Shown one piece after another: positions 9,979 through 19,864 of a DNA stretch of 36,478 bases. Source of the stretch: Chrysochromulina tobinii (lineage: Eukaryota). The stretch spans positions 1-36,478 of the forward strand of contig JWZX01002710.1 in NCBI GenBank assembly GCA_001275005.1, given 5' to 3'. The notes beneath the pieces were generated by a model. That model was given only the letters and a program-made list of their open reading frames with translations, made no database searches and was not told where the DNA came from. Numbering within the stretch: position 1 is the first letter of the stretch; each line of letters begins with the position of its first letter. A program made the position numbers and the translations under genes.

Positions 9979-10055
9979 GTCAAGTCAAGTACATGTACAT
10001 AAACAACAGACAACCATACGGAAGTCTTGACTTGACTTGACTTGACTTCTTGACT
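9979..10055. repeat. Inverted pair of (CAAGT)n / (ACTTG)n pentamer arrays
   Basis: GTCAAGTCAAGT at 9979-9990 and CTTGACTTGACTTGACTTGACTT at 10026-10048. Confidence 0.8.
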
Positions 10056-10151
10056 AGGCTCGTGTCGCTTCGTGTTTTTCACAGCTCCAGCTGCAGCAGC
10101 AGCAGCAGCAGGCGTGCGGGCCTCGAACGAGTCGGCTCGTGCGAGGCACCC

Positions 10152-10666
10152 ATGAGCGCACTCAAGAACAACACTTGGGACAAGCACGTGGCCGGTCTCT
10201 GCGCTCGTATCGTATCCGCGGGCGCGATCTTGCCCATCCCCGACGGCCCTGCGCCCTCGCCCAGGAAGAGTCTGATTCACGCCCAGAAGGGCATCACACT
10301 GCGCGTGACAGAGGCGAGCGCTCTCGTCGAGGCTGTCATGGATGGCAAGGTGCACCGCGACTACGTGGTCGTCGGTGGCCAGCAATGTGCGTGCCGCCAG
10401 ATGAGCGCCCTGCCTCTGGTGACTCAAGTGGAGGCTGATCCCGATCCCACGTCGTCGACCATGCGTGCGCAGATATCATCACGACTGTGACCGAGTCGGC
10501 TTACTACGGCCGCTGCACATCGTCATCGGTGCCGAGCGGCATTGTCCTCGTCAAAACGCGGCTCGCGATCGTGCTCGCGACGTATAGCGAGCCCATCTCA
10601 GCAGCGGAGGCGATCCCGCACGTGCATGCATTTGCGGACGAATTGGATCGAGTGATGGAGGGGTAG
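10152..10666 (+). CDS. Profilin-like protein, 142 aa; exons 10152-10386 and 10473-10666
   Basis: The GTGCGT...GCGCAG intron (10387-10472, 86 nt, with GCTGAT branch-like motif) joins ...VVVGGQQ-Y-IITTV...SGIVLVKTRLAIVLATYSE...VHAFADELDRVMEG*. N-terminal TWDKHV, G..Y, GIVLVKT..AIVLATY and the C-terminal helix fit the profilin fold and size. Confidence 0.8.
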
Positions 10667-10894
10667 CACATGTAAGTGTATAGCGCGGCAACCCGCATAT
10701 AGAGTTGAGTCAAGAGCCTAGCTCAGCAAACGCTCAAACTTATACTCGCACACGCTACGAGCTGGTATGTCGGAATGTATGGCAGCCTCTGTACTGAGCC
10801 GGGAGTACTCCACTCCGGGCAGCCGAGCAGAACGATCCACAAAACCTCACCCGGACCGCGGTTTGGCACTGACGGTTACATTCCGATCAGTCGA

Positions 10895-12484
10895 TCACAG
10901 GGCGTCGAGGATCACTTGCCGCTTCGCTTCAAACTCCTGCTTCGTCACAAGCCCGGCGTCGAGCAGTTCGTTGAGCTGCAGCATGCGCTCACGCACCGTC
11001 AAGCCGGGGCCCTTGCCAGCTGCAGCTGCCGGCGGCTCAGGCGCCGTCGCCCCCATAGGCTTGGAGGACGCGCGCGGCGACGAGGCTCCTTTCTTCTTGG
11101 TCCTCGATCCGCGCGGCGAGGAAGCTCGCCGAGAGGAGGCGGGCGAGTCCGCACGCGAGCTTGCTACCGGCGGGGTAGGGGCTAACAGGTTCTTCTCCGA
11201 GCGCGCCAGTTTCACACGATTGGCAAACGGGTTGGCCGGCGGCGCGGGCGGTCGCCCGAGATGTTCAGCCGTTTCGTCCTCGACAGCCGCTAGCGTTCTC
11301 GCGGCGCCGGCGTGAGCGCTACCGATCTCGCGCTGCGAGTGCTCGACGTCGTTCTCCTCGACGTCGTTCTCCTCCACGTCGAATGGGCCGTCGTCGCAGC
11401 TGTCGCACACCGGGATCATCCCACCCACCTGACGCATGATCGCCTCTCTCTGCGCCACCCGCGCGGCCTCCTGCGCCGTAGCCTTGGCCTCCAGCACCGA
11501 CGGGTCCAGACCCGCCTCGACGGCCGCGGCGAGGTCCCAGCGCCTCTTGGCCACTGCGCGCCCGCCGGGCTTGATGGCCTTCTCGCGATCCGTCTTCATC
11601 GCCTTCGACTTCGCGCCGGCGCCCGCCTTAGCGCCTCTCGCGCTCTGTGCCTTAGGCTTGGCGGCACCAGCCTCCCTCTTCCACTTTTCGACCGTCTTCT
11701 CCGCGAGCTCACGTGGTGAGCCCTCGGGCGCGTCGTCCTGGGCGGGCGCCTCCTTCGGCCTGCACGAGCGCAGGTGCACCGCGAGCCGATCCTTGCCAGA
11801 GAACGTGCGCCCGCAGTGAGGGCACGGCTCCAGAGCACTCTGGGCCGCAGCCCACGCCGCCTCGTTGTACTCCTCCCACGCCTTGGCAGACCCTTTCCCA
11901 ATCGGTCGATCGTCACCGGTCAGCATGTTGAGCATCTCGGGCGCCGGCGGCGCTGGCCGCCCCTTTTCGCGCTCGTACTTCTTCGCGCATTCCTTGAGGT
12001 GGATCTTAAGCGACGCCGTGCCAAACTGGCGACCACAAAGGTGACAAAATGGCAGCTGCTTCTTCTCGCCGGACTTCTTGCCCTGCGCACGCTCCCACTC
12101 GGTGAGCCCGTCAGAGGTCTTAGTCTCCGCATCGGCGGGCCTCTTGTCGCACCCGCGCAGGTGCACTGGCAGGCGATCCGGCAGGAACTTCCGTTGACAG
12201 TGTGGGCATGGGACGAGGTCACCCGACCAGGCGCTGTAGGCGGCTTCGTTGTACGCATCGACCTCTTCGGCAGACATGCGTTTACCGATGGGCCGATCCT
12301 CGCCCAGAAAGGCCGAGGGCATCGACGGTGGCGGCTTGCCGCGCTCGCGCTCGTACTTTTCTGCACATGACTTCATATGGATGGCGAGGGATGCGGAGCC
12401 AAACTGACGGCCGCAGATATGGCAAATGGGGAGGTTGGGCTTCCCGCCAGCCGACGCTGAACGCCCTTCGCCGCCGCCGAACAT
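10895..12484 (-). CDS. zf-C2HC_2 (ZNF474/ZC2HC1-like) multi-finger protein with C-terminal SHOCT domain
   Basis: Two duplicated finger pairs: CHICGRQFGSASLAIHMKSC / CPHCQRKF..DRL.VHLRGC and CHLCGRQFGTASLKIHLKEC / CPHCGRTF...DRL.VHLRSC. Terminal RERMLQLNELLDAGLVTKQEFEAKRQVIL is SHOCT-like. First ATG is at 12484. Confidence 0.85.
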   Translation of the reverse strand: MFGGGEGRSASAGGKPNLPICHICGRQFGSASLAIHMKSCAEKYERERGKPPPSMPSAFLGEDRPIGKRMSAEEVDAYNEAAYSAWSGDLVPCPHCQRKFLPDRLPVHLRGCDKRPADAETKTSDGLTEWERAQGKKSGEKKQLPFCHLCGRQFGTASLKIHLKECAKKYEREKGRPAPPAPEMLNMLTGDDRPIGKGSAKAWEEYNEAAWAAAQSALEPCPHCGRTFSGKDRLAVHLRSCRPKEAPAQDDAPEGSPRELAEKTVEKWKREAGAAKPKAQSARGAKAGAGAKSKAMKTDREKAIKPGGRAVAKRRWDLAAAVEAGLDPSVLEAKATAQEAARVAQREAIMRQVGGMIPVCDSCDDGPFDVEENDVEENDVEHSQREIGSAHAGAARTLAAVEDETAEHLGRPPAPPANPFANRVKLARSEKNLLAPTPPVASSRADSPASSRRASSPRGSRTKKKGASSPRASSKPMGATAPEPPAAAAGKGPGLTVRERMLQLNELLDAGLVTKQEFEAKRQVILDAL

Positions 12485-12845
12485 TGAAGTCACTTCGATG
12501 ACTTCAATGTTCGGCGCTTCGATGTTGCCAGTCACTTCGATCCGGACCTAGGTCCGGCTTTGAGGACGGCGGACTCAAGGGGCTGGGAGCCCCTTGGCGG
12601 ACTCCTGCGGCAACACCTGCGGCACAAGAAACACCGCCACTTCCGAAAGTGTCCGTTCACGCCAAGTTCACACGTCTTGTTCATATCCCAGGTTCGTTTC
12701 TCAATCTGTTCTCGAAAAACTTTGTCGGTTGCTCGGTTTGTTGTACAGGAATCCTAATTCCTAGGTGCAGACTGAAACTGTTAAAAGGCTCGCGAGGAGC
12801 TCAGCGTCTGTACCCCCGACGGCTCTGACGGGACGGCCTGTAGTA

Positions 12846-14232
12846 ATGGGCGACGACTCGCTCGTTCCCGTGACAGTGCTCACCGGCTTCTTGGGCAGTG
12901 GCAAGACGACACTGCTCAACCACATCCTGACGGTATGTGGGCGCTTATGTTTTGCTTTTCTCGTGCGAGACACTCACATGTGCGCACGCATGATTCCTCT
13001 CTTTGCAGGCGACGCACGGCAAAAGAATTGCGGTCATCGAGTTTGGCGAGGTCGGCATCGATGACGCGCTGCTCGCCAAGAATGCAAAGATGCAGGTGAA
13101 GGAGGAGCTCATCGAGATGATGAACGGTTGCGTCTGCTGCACGGTCCGTCGGGACCTCGTCGCCGTGCTCCAAAAGCTCGCAAAGCGGATCCAGTCGGGC
13201 AAGCTCAAGCTCGACGCCATCGTGATCGAAACGGCCGGCATGGCTGACCCGGCACCCGTCGCACAGACCTTCTTCGTCGACGATATGGTCAAGTCCTTCG
13301 CACGGATCGACGGCGTCGTGACGCTCGTGGACGCGAAGCACATTGAACAGCACCTCGACGAGGAGAAGCCCGAAGGCGCCGAGAACGAGGCGGTCGAGCA
13401 GGTGGCCTTCGCCGATCGCCTGCTCCTCAACAAGACCGATCTCATCACGGAGGCTGACCTCGAGCGTGTCGAGGCGCGGCTGCGCTCGATCAACAAGTTC
13501 GCGCCCATCGTACGCTGCTCACACTCTGAGGTCTCTGTGGACAGCGTGCTAGGTATCCGCGGCTTCGACTTGAAGCGCAGGCTGGAGATGGACCCGGAGT
13601 TTTTGAACACGGAGGGTGAGCATAAGCACCACTCCTCGGTCTCGAGCCTCTCGATCACGCAGCCAGGCGACGTTGACATCGAGCTCGTGCAGGAGTGGAC
13701 TGGAACGCTGCTCGAGGAGAAGGGAAAGGACCTCTTCCGCATGAAAGGCGTCCTTGCGATCGCGCACGCGAAGCACAAGTTTGTCTACCAGGCGGTGCAC
13801 AGGATCTTCGACGGCAGCTTTGATGAGGACGCGTCGTGGTCGGAGGGCGAGGGGCACCTGTCGAAGCTTGTCATCGTCGGCAAGAATCTCGATCAGATCG
13901 AGCTCAAATCTGGCTTCGCCGCATGCGCCGCCACACCAGAGGTCTATGAGAGGAGGGCCAAGGCGCTTCGATTCGCGATCGGTGCGATGGTGGAGTGCAA
14001 TACGGGCGATAGGTGGGCTGAGGGGCGAGTCGTCGCGACTATGTACCGTGACAGCTCGATGCCTCCAGGTAGGATCGCTCCCTACAGGGTGAAGCTCGTC
14101 GGTGAGGAGGTGGAGGTCTATGCGCCCGTGGACTCGGACGACGTCATCCGCAGGCCGGGCGGCGAGGGCGGCGGCAAGTGGAGCGCCAGCAGCAAGGGAC
14201 CAACCAAGAAAAAGAAGACGACCCATGTATGA
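12846..14232 (+). CDS. CobW/COG0523 (ZNG1-like) G3E metallochaperone GTPase; exons 12846-12932 and 13009-14232
   Basis: [22 protein letters not shown] (Walker A), GTATGT...TTTGCAG intron 12933-13008, GCVCC metal motif, [17 protein letters not shown], CobW_C RMKGVL...QAVH, plus an extra C-terminal domain. Confidence 0.93.
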
Positions 14233-14463
14233 CGGACACGTGCCCGCGAGCCCAGCAGCCCACTCGCATCTTGTTCTCTGTCAGGAGTGCCGTAACGGCC
14301 GTACTGTACGTAGTGCTTTCGGTTGTGTCGTGTGAGACTAGACAACCGACCTCCGCCTCTTTTCGAAAGGCGCTCGATATGACGCGACACCCTTACGGTC
14401 CCTCTCCGTCCCTCCACGGCCGCAGCTGTCGGCTTGGACTAGGCTCCTCGCTCCGACCCGGCC

Positions 14464-17400
14464 ATGGGCATCTATGATGTCTTCGATGACGACGAGCCAG
14501 CCGCTGCTCCACCGGCGCCGGCCGCCGCGGCCGCATCGTCGATCTACTCGGCCGCCGTGCCTTCCGTCGATCTACCCCCCCGCCGCGGACCCAGCCTCCG
14601 CGAGCAGGCTGGACTCGACCCCAGCCCCAGAGAGCTGCTGCCGCGCTCTCTGGCCCCAGCGCCGGCGCAGGCGAGCGCTCCGCCGCGTACCTTCTTCGAG
14701 CTGCCGGCAATTTCCAAGCCACCCGTGGAGGAAGAGGAGGAGGTCGTGGTGCCGGGTGGTGCGCTCGACTTGATTTCGAATATGTTTGGACCCAAGCCCG
14801 CGGTCGGAAAGGGCGCTGGAGGGAAGGCGAGCAGTGGCGCCCGCAAGGTATCCGCCGTGACCGCGGCCGCATCCAAGCAGCCCATGGCCGCCTCCCGTGG
14901 CAGCAGCGCCGCCGGTCGCACGGTATCCAAGCCGGCTCATGGAGGCTCCTCGGTGGCCGCCTCGGCAACTGCGCAGCTCGACGCGGGCGTGGAGGGCGAG
15001 GAGGGTGAGGAGGAGGAGGAGGACGAGATCGACGACGACGACGAGGAGGAGGAGGAGGAGGAGGAGGGGATTGAGGATGAAGACACACCCGAGGGTGGCG
15101 TGGAAGAGTGGCCCAAACTCACTTCAGCTCCTCCACGAGCTCCGCATATGCCCCTCTTCCTTGGGCCGCGTCCGGCCGGCCCTGGCGCCACCTCGCCTGC
15201 GACCTCGGTCATTTACCCACCAGAAGCCAGCGTGAATGCCAACGTGAACCAGTACCTGCGATCGTACCAGCGCGAGGGCGTGCAGTGGCTGTGGAAGCAG
15301 TACGCAGTTGATGACTCTGAGTGCATCCCTGAATGTATCCCTGAGTGCATCCCTGATTGACTCCCTGATTGCGTCCCAAATACAGGTACACGAGTCGCAA
15401 GGGCGGGCTCCTTGCGGATGAGATGGGGCTGGGCAAGACGGTACAGGTCGCCGCCTTCCTCTCAGCAGTCCTGGGCAAGAGTGCCACCTCGGAGGACAAG
15501 CGGCGCACCTTCCCACTGCCCGAGGGCGACTGCCGGCAGGTACCTGATGCCTATGATGGCGTCTCTGATGGCTTCTCTAATGGCCGCTCGGATTGCCTCT
15601 CTGCTTGCCTCTCTCATGGCCTCTCTCATGGCCACTGCTGGCCACTCTGATGGCCTCCCTGATTGGCGTGCATGCAGGTGCTCGTGGTCGTTCCCACGGT
15701 GACGCTCACGAACTGGGAACGCGAGCTCGCCACGTGGGGCTGCTTCAAGGTGCGTAAATTCCACGGTGCCAAGAAGGAGGAGGCGCTAGAGGCGGTGCGT
15801 GAGCGCCGATGCGAGGTGCTACTCACGACGTACGGCACCATGGCCACCAATGCCGACCAGTCGCACCTGGGCGGGGTCCTGTGGGAGATCATCATCTGGG
15901 ACGAGGCGCATACGATGAAGAACCCGAGGACGAGTACGTCCAAGGCCGCGTGGCTGATCCCGTGCAAGCTGCGGTTCGCGCTCACGGGCACGCCCATGTC
16001 GAACAAGTTTGAAGAGCTCTGGGTGATCTTCGACTTCGTCTCTGACAAAGGGGTGGGGACGAAGAGTGACTTTAAGGCGTGCTACGAAAAGGAGCTCAAG
16101 CAGGTGCGTGCTACTGATTGCCTCTGATTGCTACGGATCGCTGCTGATTGCATGCTACGCCCATGCGCTCCCACGGGGTTCCAGAAGAACGCTGTGATGG
16201 CCTCTGATTGCCACGGATGGCCGCCTCATTGGCACTGATTTCTCTCCTGATTGCGCAGGGGCTCAAGAAGAACGCCAATCAGTACGAGGTTGTGCAGAGG
16301 TTCAAGAAGCAGAAGCAGCTCAAGCACCTCATGGACACGTGGATGCTCCAGCGCTTCCAACAAATCATTGCGCACGAAATGCCCCAAAAGTTTGACGCGA
16401 TCGTTGTCTGTCGGCTCGCCCCCGAGCAGGTGCATTGCGTCAGCCTCGGAGTGCCTCGAAGTGCCTCAGAGACAGAGTGCCTTCGAGTGAGTCTGGGGGC
16501 CTCTGATTGCTTCCGATGGTCTCTGATTGCGTCTGATGGTCTCTGATTGCATCCGAGCAGGAGGAGGTGTACGAGCGGGTGCTCAAGAGCGCGGATTACC
16601 AGCAGCTGCTCAAGGCCGAGGAGCCGTGCCCCTGCGGCTCGAAGAGCAAGCTGAAGGAATGCCACTCGCTCGATTTGGACGGCGTGCTGTCGCGCTCGAA
16701 GCATCCAGTCGGGGATTCTTGTCCCTTCTGCCCGTATTGCATCACGCTGCCCGCGCTCACCCAGCTCGGCAAGATTGCCAACCACCTCGAGCTCATTAAG
16801 CCGGATGAGGCGGCGATGACACAGGAGGCCTTCGATCGCCAAGCCGCCTTTGCGCGCATGGCGCTCAGCCTGCCTGACGCGTGTGACGTGCGCCGTAATC
16901 GCACCTTCGAGAACCAGGCGCACTCGAAGGGCTGTGGGAAGATGCGCGCGCTTGAGGAGCTCCTGCGTCGATGGAAGCGCGAGATGGCCAAAGTGCTCCT
17001 CTTCTCGCAGGTGGGTTTGATGGCCTTTGATGGACTTGATTGCCTCGGGTGAGTGCGGGTTGTCGACGACGAGAAACTGCTCCCTGCTCGCAGTCGACAC
17101 AGATGCTCGACATCCTCGAAGATTTGGTCAAGTCCAAGGGCTACGACTACGTCAGGCTCGACGGCACGACGAGTGCCACCGAGCGCGGCGAGCGCGTCGA
17201 CCAGTTCAACAAGAAACCGTCCGTCTTCCTCTTCCTGCTCTCGACGCGCGTCGGCGGCGTGGGTATCAACCTCGTCTCAGCCTCCAAGGTCGTCATTTTT
17301 GAGCCTTCTTGGAACCCTGCGAACGACATGCAGGCGATGGATCGGTCGTTTCGGATCGGCCAGCGGCAGGATGTGCACGTGTACCGCTTCGTGGCCTCCA

Positions 17401-19493
17401 ATACGGTTGAGGAGAAGGTCTACCAGCGTCAGCTCTACAAGCAGTCACAAGAGGGCCTCGCATTGAAGCAGCAGGACGAGACGCGCCTTTTCGAAGGCGT
17501 CATGGGCGACAAGACCCAAAAGGGAGAGCTCTTTGGCGTGCAGAACCTGCTCCAGTTTGCGGGCTCGTCCACAGCTGCCATTCTGTCCGACGGGCGCTCG
17601 GGCATTGATGCGGATGGGGAGGAGGGCACGGACGGCATGGAGCGGGGGGAGCACTTTGTTATCCGCAAGGCAACATGGACGCGCGACATGGATGATGACG
17701 ACGATGACGGCGACGACGACGCGGACGACGAGGACGACCCGTTTGGCGGAAAATATATCGTTCGTAAGCTCAAGTTGGATGGAAGCGCCGTAGCAGGCGG
17801 CAAGAGTAGCGGCGGCGTGGGCGGCAGGGGCGGCAGGGGCGGCGTGGGCGGCGTGGGCGGCATGGGCGGCAGCGGCTCCGCGGCGGAGGAGCCGCTGTCG
17901 GCGGCGGCGGCGGCGGAGCTACTGCTCAAGTCGGGAGCCGTGCACAGTCCTATGCACAACGCTGTCCTGGGCGGTGCCGCCCTCGCCGACCTCGAGACTA
18001 AAGGAGCGCTGGACGTGGGGAATGGCGTGGCGGTGGCGCAGGCAGCCCTGCCACCCAAGCGCGGCGTGAAGCGTGAGGCGCAGGCTCCGTTGGGTGCGGC
18101 GGCAGCGGGCGGCGCCGCGCCGCATGCCACGCACAAGAGGATGCCGTCAGCCTGGCCCCCCACCCCGCCAGCGAGCCTCGAGGAATGCCTCGGCGGGTGC
18201 GTCACGCGGCCTGCTTTCTTGAGCCTCTTGCAGCGCGACGAAAAGCTCGCATGGCGCGTCGAGTATGCGCTGCAAGAGCTGCAGCAGGGCGAGCAGCTCT
18301 GCCAGCTTATCGACGCGATGCCCGATCTCGAGCACACGGACTATGATGCGGCGCTGCAAGTTCCAAGATCAGCTGGCGCCGGACCGAGTGGTGCGCCACC
18401 CACTCCTCCGCCAAGTCCGCCAGGAAGTCCCAGCCCATCAAGAACTACCGTCGACCCCCCGAGTGAACCGCCCGCAGCAGAAGCGCCGCCTCTGGTTGCC
18501 GAGATTGAAGATACCGGACAAGTTGTGGACGAGCACGAGAGTTTGGAGGACTCCACAGTAGATGAGAAGGACAAGAGGAAGGTAGCTGCTGACGACGTGG
18601 CGCTCGACCGACTCGGGTCTCGCAAGCCAGTGCTCACCACGGCGCCCTGTCCCCGCCACGTGGCAGCAAAGCGAGCCAAACTGGATCCCACTGCCGCCAC
18701 CACCACCGCCGCCAAACTCGATTCCGATTCCGATTCCGCCGCTACCGCCATAACCGCCGCGGCGGATCTGAGCTCAAGCAAGTATCTTGGAACTCCCTAC
18801 AAGTCGGCGGATGACAAGCAACGGGCATACGACGCAATCGTCAACTCTGAAATGCGAAATGCGCTTCTTGCGAGAGCTCGCACCCTGGTCAATGCTGATC
18901 CGTGTGGCCTGCGTGCGCTGCAAGTGGTCGACACCGATGAAGGGCTCTGGATCCACGTGGTCCTCCGCGGGTACAAGCAGCGAGTCAGCTGCGCCGTACT
19001 CAGAGCACTGCAGGGCAGCGAGGAACCTCGCTTTGGCAGAGAGAAGTGGTGCTTGCCGCGTAAGAGTCTGCTGGACAATGATGGCACAGACCACAACGTC
19101 GAGCGTGTTCGTGATGAAATGAAGCGGGCTGGCCGCGCGGATACCTACGCGGAGATCTCCGGCGACGGCAAGCCAAGGTCGATGCTTCTGCCAAGTGCCT
19201 CTGATGACGCCAACGAAGTGCTCAAAGCTTTCGCCGAGTCGGAAAGGTCAACAGCAGCTGACGGTCCCTTACAAATCTCTTATGAAGAGCTGTTGCGCAT
19301 TCTGCAGGAATTGTCTGAGGAAGAGCTGTTGCGCTTTCTGCAGGAGTCACTGCCGGAATGTGCTACGCCCGACGAGTCCGGAGGTCCCTACCGGAGTCTT
19401 GGGGATTCTTCGATGGCCTCGCGCCTCGCACGCGTGCGAGCCGTGCGCGCCGAGCTTGCTCAACATCTGCCAAGGTTGCGCGCGCTTGAATGA
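14464..19493 (+). CDS. SNF2-family ATPase, ERCC6L2/plant SWI2(CHR9)-like; 6 exons: 14464-15299, 15386-15539, 15678-16103, 16259-16429, 16561-17010, 17094-19493 (1478 aa)
   Basis: Splicing five GT-AG introns gives one continuous frame: LRSYQREGVQWL, GGLLADEMGLGKTVQ, VLVVVP, DEAH, LTGTPMSN, CPCGS...CPYC..LP.L..L.KIANHLELIKP, CGKMRALE, KVLLFSQSTQMLDILE, RLDG, LLSTRVGGVGINL, WNPANDMQAMDRSFRIGQ, FEGV....QKGELFG. Confidence 0.92.
15300..15385 (+). other. SNF2 intron 1 (86 nt), 12-nt minisatellite
   Basis: GTACGC...TACAG; five CTGA(G/A/T)TG..TCC units; removal restores LWKQYTSRKGG. Confidence 0.85.
15540..15677 (+). other. SNF2 intron 2 (138 nt), ~12-nt minisatellite
   Basis: GTACCT...ATGCAG; about 10 degenerate CTGATGGCCTCT units; removal restores DCRQ-VLVVVP. 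Confidence 0.88.
16104..16258 (+). other. SNF2 intron 3 (155 nt), ~10-nt minisatellite
   Basis: GTGCGT...GCGCAG; CTGATTGCCT-type units; removal restores ELKQ-GLKKNA. Confidence 0.88.
16430..16560 (+). other. SNF2 intron 4 (131 nt), 10-nt minisatellite
   Basis: GTGCAT...GAGCAG; units such as CGGAGTGCCT, CTGATTGCGT, CTGATGGTCT; removal restores LAPEQ-EEVYE. Confidence 0.88.
17011..17093 (+). other. SNF2 intron 5 (83 nt)
   Basis: GTGGGT...TCGCAG; three TGAT(G/T)G(C/A)C units at the 5' end; removal restores LLFSQ-STQMLDILE. Confidence 0.88.
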
Positions 19494-19864
19494 GGCGCGG
19501 CGAGCACGACCGCCGCGTGACGGCGAGCCGCGGCAGCGACCTTGGCCTGCGGCATAAACGAGACTTGTGGCTTGTGCAACGCTTAAGGGCGATGGGCGAA
19601 CTACGAGCTGTAACGTGTGGATTACGCTAAGTACCACGCGGCTTGCACGTTGCAGAAAGGTTGAAGCAAAAGTACACAATTTCCATTCAAAATCGCGAAG
19701 CACACATGAATCGTATGCGCGCGCGCCGCGGCGGAAGTCATGAAGATTGCCCATAATAGGATAGTCACTGCAAATTGTGCTCGCAATCAACGCGAACTCG
19801 CTCCCTCTGTCGATCGAGTCGAAAAACCTCGACCGTCCATCGGTGAGCGCTTCGTGGCCGTGCC

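Noticed and set aside
15300..16560. Periodic intronic repeats as a CRISPR array
   Set aside because: Units are 10-12 nt, degenerate and lack unique spacers; the context is eukaryotic and no cas genes are present.
19675..19779. CACAATTT...AAATTGTG as MITE terminal inverted repeats
   Set aside because: Only 8 bp perfect, with no clear target-site duplication and no second copy in the window.
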